Under the pieces are notes generated by a model, which saw nothing but the letters and a program-made list of their open reading frames with translations, ran no database searches and was not told the origin of the DNA. From the NCBI GenBank assembly GCA_036257215.1, contig DATAGA010000195.1, positions 1-30,829 of the forward strand: DNA of 30,829 nt, read 5' to 3'. Positions 24,225-30,829 of this stretch are shown here, piece after piece. Positions within the stretch are counted from its first letter, which is position 1; each line of letters opens with the position of its first letter. The position numbers were made by a program, and so were the translations under genes. This stretch comes from Myxococcota bacterium. Its GTDB lineage: Bacteria; Myxococcota_A; UBA9160; UBA6930.

Positions 24225-26293
24225 TCGGCCCCCGGCACACCCGCGGCGGGCGCGGACGCGCGCGCGTCGGCTGCGTCGACGAACCAGGGGCTCGACCACG
24301 CGGCGCCGCCGTCGACCTGGACGACGCGCAGGTAGGGCGCCTCGCCCCGCGCCAGCGCGACGGTCGCCTCGAGCGCGAGCTCCCGGGGCGCCGCGTCGGG
24401 CTCGAAGCGCCGCAGCGCCCACGCCTGCGTGCCGCGCACGAGGTCGACCGCCGCGATCGGCGCCGGCGCCGTCACGCGCGCGCGTAGGATGCGCTCGCCC
24501 GGCGGGAGCGCGGAGCCCATGGGGCGACCACCGAGCTCCGCTTCGAGCAGGATGCGGGGCCCGTTCGTCGCGTAGCAGCGACGCGCGCCGAGCGCCTCGC
24601 GCACACCCTCGCGCGTCGCCTGCTCGGCGAAGAGCGCCGCGAGCCCGCCGCTGCGCCCGGCGAGCTGAGCGAGGCCGGGGTGGCCGTCGTGCGAGTCGCC
24701 GCTCCCGACGAAGCCGAGCCGGGCACCCCGCGCGATCACGTCGCGGACGAAGTTGCCCTGGATCCCGCCCGCTACGGGCACGGGCCCTTCGGGCGACTCG
24801 CTGCTCCCGTGCACGGAAACGACCTCCGTCACCGGCTCGAGCTCGGGATCCGGCGCGAAGCGCCAGTTCGTCGCGACGGGCTCCCCCGCCGAGTGGTGCG
24901 CGAAGGTGAACGCCGGCTCGCCGCGCAGCGACGCCCACAGCTCGGCGGGATCGTCGGTCGCCTCGTCGAGCGAGCTGCGGATGCGGCCGCGGTCCGCGAA
25001 CCAGAGCACGTGGCGGTGACCGTGAAGCCAGCTCGTCCACTCGTAGCCGAGGAGGGTGACGAAGCGCCCGGGCTCGTGGAAGCGTGCGGTGGCGGCCTCG
25101 ATGCGCGCCCAGAGCGCAGGCGTCTCGTCCAGGAAGGGCGTGCCCCAGTGATCGTGGTCGGTGAGGGCCGCGACGTCGAGGCCCGCGACGTCGCGGGCGT
25201 AGCGGAAGTAGTCCTCGGGCGTGCCGGTGCCGTCGGAGAAGTGCGAGTGGCCGTGGAGGTCTCCCCACAGGAGGCGCGGCGCGTCCGCCGCGACGCGCAG
25301 CGGGTTGCTCTCCGCGCGCAGCCCCCCCGGCCCCTCGGCGCGCACGCGCGCCACGCCCTCGCCGCGGACGCGCGCCGGAGCGGCGACGACGCCGCCGGCG
25401 TCGGCTGGAAGCTCGAGCGCGGCCGGCAGCTCGAGCGGCCCGTCCGCCGCGAGCGCGATCGTCCCCGACGCCGGCGCGCCCGCGCTCCCGAGCGCGTCGA
25501 GCACCGCGAGGCGCAGCGTGACCGCGTCGCCGGCGCGCGCGGTCGACGGCAGCGTCGCGACGAGGAGCGCCGGGGGTCCCGCGGCCACGTCGACGGTGGG
25601 CGGGTCGGCGAGGAAGCCGCGCGTGCCGTCGCCGTCGCCGTCGACCGCGAACGGGATCGGTGCGGCGCGCTCGGCGAAGCGGTCCACCTGCGCGCCCGCC
25701 GCGCCCGCGCCGTAGACGAGCTCGATGCGCTCGCCGGCCCCGAGCGCGCGGCCGGCGATCTCCACGGCGAGCAGGCCCTGGTCGACGACGCGCGGGCGCA
25801 GGTCGACCCCGGCGGCGTCGCTGCTTGCCTCCGTGTAGCCCGGCGCCGCGGGATCGGCCGTCTGCGGTTCGCTCCAGCCCCAGCTCGGGGGGACCTGGAA
25901 GTAGAGCGCGCCGCCGACGGCGATGCCGAGCGGACCGGCCTCGTAGCGGAAGGGCAGCCGCGCCGGCGCGCCGGCGACGAGCCGCGGCGGCTCGCCGGGG
26001 AAGGCGAGCGCGGCGCGTCCGGCGCCGTCCGCCGGCGAGCGGACGGCCGCGCGCCCCGAGAGCAGGGCGGCGTGGACGTCGACGCGCGCGTTGGGCGAGA
26101 GGTCACTCGCGAGCGCGTCCGCGCCGGCGCGCGCGTCGACCGCGCCCGCGGCCGGCGCTTCGGCCCGGACGGCGTCCGCCGTCGGCGCGGGGAGCTCGGC
26201 CGGCTCGCCGCACCCGGCGCCGAAGGCCAGCGCGAGCAGCGCCGGCGCCGCGAGCGCCTCGCGCGCGGCGCGCCGACCCGAACCCCGCCGCAG
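24221..26293 (-). CDS. PHP-like metallohydrolase lipoprotein (DUF3604 / CehA-McbA-like), 690 aa from CTG 26293
   Basis: WGDLHGHSHFSDG, LTDHDH, GYEW, HRHV, AHH, GSGDSHDGHPG metal motifs. The frame stays open 528 nt upstream of the track's GTG 25765 and encodes a signal peptide with lipobox GAGC. Confidence 0.8.
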   Translation of the reverse strand: MRRGSGRRAAREALAAPALLALAFGAGCGEPAELPAPTADAVRAEAPAAGAVDARAGADALASDLSPNARVDVHAALLSGRAAVRSPADGAGRAALAFPGEPPRLVAGAPARLPFRYEAGPLGIAVGGALYFQVPPSWGWSEPQTADPAAPGYTEASSDAAGVDLRPRVVDQGLLAVEIAGRALGAGERIELVYGAGAAGAQVDRFAERAAPIPFAVDGDGDGTRGFLADPPTVDVAAGPPALLVATLPSTARAGDAVTLRLAVLDALGSAGAPASGTIALAADGPLELPAALELPADAGGVVAAPARVRGEGVARVRAEGPGGLRAESNPLRVAADAPRLLWGDLHGHSHFSDGTGTPEDYFRYARDVAGLDVAALTDHDHWGTPFLDETPALWARIEAATARFHEPGRFVTLLGYEWTSWLHGHRHVLWFADRGRIRSSLDEATDDPAELWASLRGEPAFTFAHHSAGEPVATNWRFAPDPELEPVTEVVSVHGSSESPEGPVPVAGGIQGNFVRDVIARGARLGFVGSGDSHDGHPGLAQLAGRSGGLAALFAEQATREGVREALGARRCYATNGPRILLEAELGGRPMGSALPPGERILRARVTAPAPIAAVDLVRGTQAWALRRFEPDAAPRELALEATVALARGEAPYLRVVQVDGGAAWSSPWFVDAADARASAPAAGVPGAD

Positions 26294-26297
26294 CGGA

Positions 26298-28133
26298 CTA
26301 CTCGACCGTGACGCTCTTCGCGAGGTTGCGCGGCTGGTCGACGTCGGTGCCCTTCAGCATGGCGACGTGGTAGGCGAGCAGCTGCAGCGGAATCGTCGCG
26401 AGGACGGCGGTCAGGTACTCGCCGAGGTCGGGCACGTACACGACGTCGTTCGCCTTCTGCGCGATCGTTTCGTCGCCCTCACTCGCGATCGCGATCACCT
26501 GCCCGTCGCGCGCCCGCACCTGTTCGAGGTTCGAGATGACCTTGTCGTAGATCGGGCTCCGGGTCGCGATCACGACGACCGGCATGTTCTCGTCGATCAG
26601 CGCGATCGGCCCGTGCTTCATCTCGCCGGCCGCATAGGCCTCCGCGTGGACGTACGAGATCTCCTTGAGCTTGAGCGCTCCCTCGAAGGCGATCGGCACC
26701 ATGACGCCGCGCCCGAGGTAGAGGAAGTCGCGGGCGTGGACGTACTTGTGCGCGATCTCCCGCACGGAGTCGTCGAGCCGCAGCACGCGCTCGACGAGGC
26801 GCGGCAGGCGCAGCAGCTCCTCCACGCGCCGGCGGCCCTCCTCGCGGGAGAGCGCGCCGCGGGCGAGGCCGAGCTTCACGGCGATCATGTAGAGCGCGAC
26901 GACCTGGGTGGTGAAGGCCTTCGTACTCGCAACGCCGATCTCGGGCCCCGCGTGCGTATAGAGCACGTCGTGGCTCTCCCGCGCGATCGTCGCGTCGCGC
27001 ACGTTGCACACGGCGAGCACGCGCGCGCCCTGGGCCTTGCCCTCGCGCAGCGCGGCCAGCGTGTCGGCGGTCTCGCCCGACTGCGAGACCGGCACGACGA
27101 GCACGTCCTCGCCCAGGATCGGGCGGCGGTAGCGGAACTCGCTGGCCAGGTCGACCTCGCACGGGATCCCCGCGAGCTGCTCGATCAGGTACTTGCCGAC
27201 GAGGCAGGCGTGCCAGGCGGTGCCGCAGGCGACGAGCGCGATGCGCTTCGTGCGCGCCACGCGGGCGGGCGAGAAGTCGATGCCGTCGAGGTCGAGGTCG
27301 CCCTCGGTCTCGAGCACGCGCGTCCCGATCGTGTCCGTGATCGCGCGCGGCTGCTCGTAGATCTCCTTCTGCATGAAGCGGTCGTAGCCGGCCTTCTCCG
27401 CCGAGACCGCGTCCCACTGGATCGCGCGCGGCTCGCGATCGACCGGGCGGCCGTCGCGGTCGAGCACCTGGACGCCGTCGATCGAGAGCACCGCGAACTC
27501 GCTGTCCTCGAGGAAGAGCATCTGCCGCGTGTAGGGCAGGATCGCGGGGATGTCGCTCGCGAGGAAGCTCTCCTTCTCGCCGAGCCCGAGGACGATCGGG
27601 CTCCCGCCCTGCTTGGCGACCACGATGTGGTCCGGGTGCTCCTCGCACAGCACGCCGAACGCGTACGAGCCCGTCACGCGCGCGCAGGCCTCGCGGACGG
27701 CGGACACGAGGTCGGCTCCCGCGCGCAGCCGGTCGTCGATCAGGTGCGCGATGAGCTCGGTGTCGGTGTCCGAGGCGATCTCGTGGCCCGCGGCCTCGAG
27801 CTCGGCGCGCAGCTCGCGGTAGTTCTCCATGATGCCGTTGTGCACCACGACGACGGAGCCCGCCTTGTGCGGGTGCGCGTTGCGCTCGGAGGGCTTGCCG
27901 TGCGTCGCCCAGCGCGTGTGGCCGACGCCGACGCGGCCGGGGAGCGGCCGATCGCGCAGGACCGCCTCGAGGTTGCCGAGCTTGCCGACGGCGCGCCGGA
28001 TCGCGATGCGGTCGCCCTCGATGATGGCGACCCCCGCCGAGTCGTAGCCCCGGTACTCGAGGCGCCGGAGCCCGTCGAGCAGCACCTCCTGCGCCGTCCG
28101 ACCGCTGCCGACGTAGCCCACGATTCCGCACAT
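26298..28133 (-). CDS. glmS: Glutamine--fructose-6-phosphate transaminase (isomerizing), 611 aa
   Basis: MCGIVG N-terminus, EYRGYDSAG, GHTRWATHG, HNG, SQSGETADT, EGALKLKEISY, GEMKHGP, PRNLAKSVTVE; GGGAG upstream. Confidence 0.98.
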   Translation of the reverse strand: MCGIVGYVGSGRTAQEVLLDGLRRLEYRGYDSAGVAIIEGDRIAIRRAVGKLGNLEAVLRDRPLPGRVGVGHTRWATHGKPSERNAHPHKAGSVVVVHNGIMENYRELRAELEAAGHEIASDTDTELIAHLIDDRLRAGADLVSAVREACARVTGSYAFGVLCEEHPDHIVVAKQGGSPIVLGLGEKESFLASDIPAILPYTRQMLFLEDSEFAVLSIDGVQVLDRDGRPVDREPRAIQWDAVSAEKAGYDRFMQKEIYEQPRAITDTIGTRVLETEGDLDLDGIDFSPARVARTKRIALVACGTAWHACLVGKYLIEQLAGIPCEVDLASEFRYRRPILGEDVLVVPVSQSGETADTLAALREGKAQGARVLAVCNVRDATIARESHDVLYTHAGPEIGVASTKAFTTQVVALYMIAVKLGLARGALSREEGRRRVEELLRLPRLVERVLRLDDSVREIAHKYVHARDFLYLGRGVMVPIAFEGALKLKEISYVHAEAYAAGEMKHGPIALIDENMPVVVIATRSPIYDKVISNLEQVRARDGQVIAIASEGDETIAQKANDVVYVPDLGEYLTAVLATIPLQLLAYHVAMLKGTDVDQPRNLAKSVTVE

Positions 28134-28167
28134 CTGGATGGTCTCCCTGCGCCGGCCGGGCCGGCTC

Positions 28168-29514
28168 CTACGACGCCGGCTCGCCCGGCTTCGCCGGCCG
28201 GGCGCGCCGCGCCGCCCAGCCCTCGAGGTTTCGCTGCCGCCCGGTAGACACCGCGATGGCATCGGTCGGCACGGTCTTCGTCACCGTCGTCCCGGCCGCG
28301 ACGAACGCGCCCGGCTCGATCTCGATCGGAGCCACGAGGTTGGCGTTGCAGCCGATGCGCGCGCCCGCGCCCACGCGGGTGCGGTGCTTGCGCTCCCAGT
28401 CGTAGTTCACGGTGATCGAGCCCGCGCCGAAGCTGGCGCCCGGCCCGACGTCGGCGTCGCCGATGTAGCTCAGGTGGTCGGCCTTCACGCCCTCGCCGAG
28501 CTCGCTGTTCTTCACCTCGACGAAGTTCCCGACCCGCACGCGGTCGTGCAGCCGGCAGCCGGGCCGCAGGTGCGCGCTCGGACCGAGCTCGCAGTCGTCG
28601 CCGATCCGGCTCGCCTCGATCACGCAGTGCGGCTTCACGTGGCAGCGTTCGCCGATCCGCGTCGTGCCCGTGATCCGCACGCTCGGCTCGATCACCGTGT
28701 CGCGGCCGACCTCGACGTCGGCGTCGAGCCAGGCGCTCGCGGGGTCGACGAAGGTGACGCCCTCGGCCATGAGCCGCTCGACCGTGCGGCGGCGCGCGAC
28801 GGTGGCGGCCTGCGCCAGCTCGCGCCGGTCGTTCACGCCGAGGCACTCGTCCGCGTCGTCGAGCAGGAGCGCCTCCACGCGGCGGCCCTCCGCCACGACG
28901 CGCTCGACCACGTCCGTCAGGTAGAGCTCGCCCTGCTGGTTCTGGTCGTCGAGCTGCGCGAGGCACTTCCAGAGCAGCTCGGCGCCGAGGAGGTACACCC
29001 CCGTGTTGCCCTCCTGGATGCGCAGCTCTTCGGGCGAGGCGTCGGTCACTTCGACGATGCGCTGCACGCGCCCGGCGGCGTCGCGGACGACGAGGCCGGG
29101 GAGCGGGATCGGCGAAGTGAGCATCACGAGGTCGGCGCGCCTCTCCGCCTTGCAGGCGCGCATGCGCTCGAGCGTCTCGGGACGCAGGAGCGGCACGTCG
29201 CCGTAGAGGACGAGCACATCGCCCCGGTGGTCCCGCAGCGCGGGCTCGGCTTGCTGCACCGCGTGACCCGTGCCGTTCTGCTCGGCCTGGACCACGAAGC
29301 GCGCGCGGCCCTCGAACGCCGCCGCCACCTTCTCCGCGTCGCGCCCGATCACGACGACGAGGGCGTCGGGCCGCAGCGCCTCCGCCGCGGCGAGCGGCCA
29401 ACCGAGAAGGGGACGACCGGCGACGTCGTGGAGGACCTTCGCCACGTCCGACTTCATGCGGGTGCCCTGCCCGGCAGCCAGGATCACCACCGCAAGGCTC
29501 GTAGGAGGCGCCAT
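28168..29514 (-). CDS. glmU: Bifunctional UDP-GlcNAc diphosphorylase / glucosamine-1-phosphate N-acetyltransferase, 448 aa
   Basis: ILAAGQGTRMKS, EQNGTGHA, YGDVPLL, GELYLTD, GVNDR, hexapeptide repeats, GNFVEVK, HLSYIGDA, NYD. Start is ATG 29514 (or ATG 29526). Confidence 0.97.
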   Translation of the reverse strand: MAPPTSLAVVILAAGQGTRMKSDVAKVLHDVAGRPLLGWPLAAAEALRPDALVVVIGRDAEKVAAAFEGRARFVVQAEQNGTGHAVQQAEPALRDHRGDVLVLYGDVPLLRPETLERMRACKAERRADLVMLTSPIPLPGLVVRDAAGRVQRIVEVTDASPEELRIQEGNTGVYLLGAELLWKCLAQLDDQNQQGELYLTDVVERVVAEGRRVEALLLDDADECLGVNDRRELAQAATVARRRTVERLMAEGVTFVDPASAWLDADVEVGRDTVIEPSVRITGTTRIGERCHVKPHCVIEASRIGDDCELGPSAHLRPGCRLHDRVRVGNFVEVKNSELGEGVKADHLSYIGDADVGPGASFGAGSITVNYDWERKHRTRVGAGARIGCNANLVAPIEIEPGAFVAAGTTVTKTVPTDAIAVSTGRQRNLEGWAARRARPAKPGEPAS

Positions 29515-29561
29515 CGATCCTCTCATCGGCCCGCGGGGCGGCGGGACGGACGCGGCCTTTG

Positions 29562-29590
29562 ACGGTACTGCGGTGAGTGCCGTCGCAGTA
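29562..29590 (-). promoter_or_regulatory. Candidate glmU -10 box (TACCGT, 29567-29562) overlapped by inverted repeat TACTGCG-N11-CGCAGTA (29566-29590)
   Basis: Hexamer and 7-bp perfect inverted repeat are read directly; function is inferred. Confidence 0.35.
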
Positions 29591-29620
29591 GGGATCGGGT
29601 CGTGCCCCGCGGGGAATCCA

Positions 29621-29649
29621 TTGCGGGGCGTGAGCCCCCACCATAGATT
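29621..29649 (+). promoter_or_regulatory. Sigma70-type promoter TTGCGG-N17-TAGATT for hflX
   Basis: Both boxes present with an exact 17-nt spacer. Confidence 0.65.
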
Positions 29650-29686
29650 CGTCCCATCCCCCTCCGCCGAGCGATCCCCCACACCA

Positions 29687-29708
29687 CTCTGGAGCCCGAT
29701 TCCAGGAG
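29687..29708 (+). promoter_or_regulatory. Hairpin pairing the hflX Shine-Dalgarno (AGGAG, 29704-29708)
   Basis: CTC-TGGAG-cccga-TTCCA-(G)-GAG: 8 pairs including one G-U, plus one bulge. Confidence 0.45.
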
Positions 29709-29714
29709 AGTGCC

Positions 29715-30829
<1,115 letters not shown>

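Noticed and set aside
28134-28167. glmS ribozyme
   Set aside because: Only 34 nt separate glmU and glmS, and no ribozyme core was recognised there or upstream of glmU.
29591-29686. tRNA-, tmRNA- or SRP-like element (7-bp closing stem followed by CCA; GGGGGCTC on the minus strand)
   Set aside because: No TTCRA T-loop, D-arm or anticodon arm, and no SRP GNRA/AGCAG motif; the region also overlaps a good hflX promoter.

Overview
Very GC-rich (roughly 75% by eye), tightly packed bacterial window with 21 supportable CDSs. The long-form HflX and PEP-CTERM protein suggest a diderm of Myxococcota/deltaproteobacterial type (inference only). About 26 kb is a cell-envelope glycan-decoration locus. It encodes one PEP-CTERM surface protein, six GT-C-fold (lipid-phosphosugar-dependent) membrane glycosyltransferase candidates, two GT2 enzymes (one paired with a DUF2304 protein and a SAM methyltransferase), three exported sulfatase-fold proteins with Thr at the formylglycine position, an SGNH protein, a PDZ lipoprotein and a PHP-like (DUF3604/CehA-McbA) lipoprotein. 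glmU-glmS heads the longest co-oriented run, uvrD/pcrA is embedded in the middle, and a partial hflX lies at the right edge. Many ORF-track entries are antisense or off-frame shadows, or carry wrong starts. The track misses hflX and truncates the DUF3604 gene; both appear to use non-canonical starts (ATC, CTG). Several unit-leading genes have a -10 box 7-8 nt before the start codon, consistent with leaderless mRNAs. No rRNA, tRNA, CRISPR array or mobile element was recognised. All family assignments come from motif recognition, not database searches.
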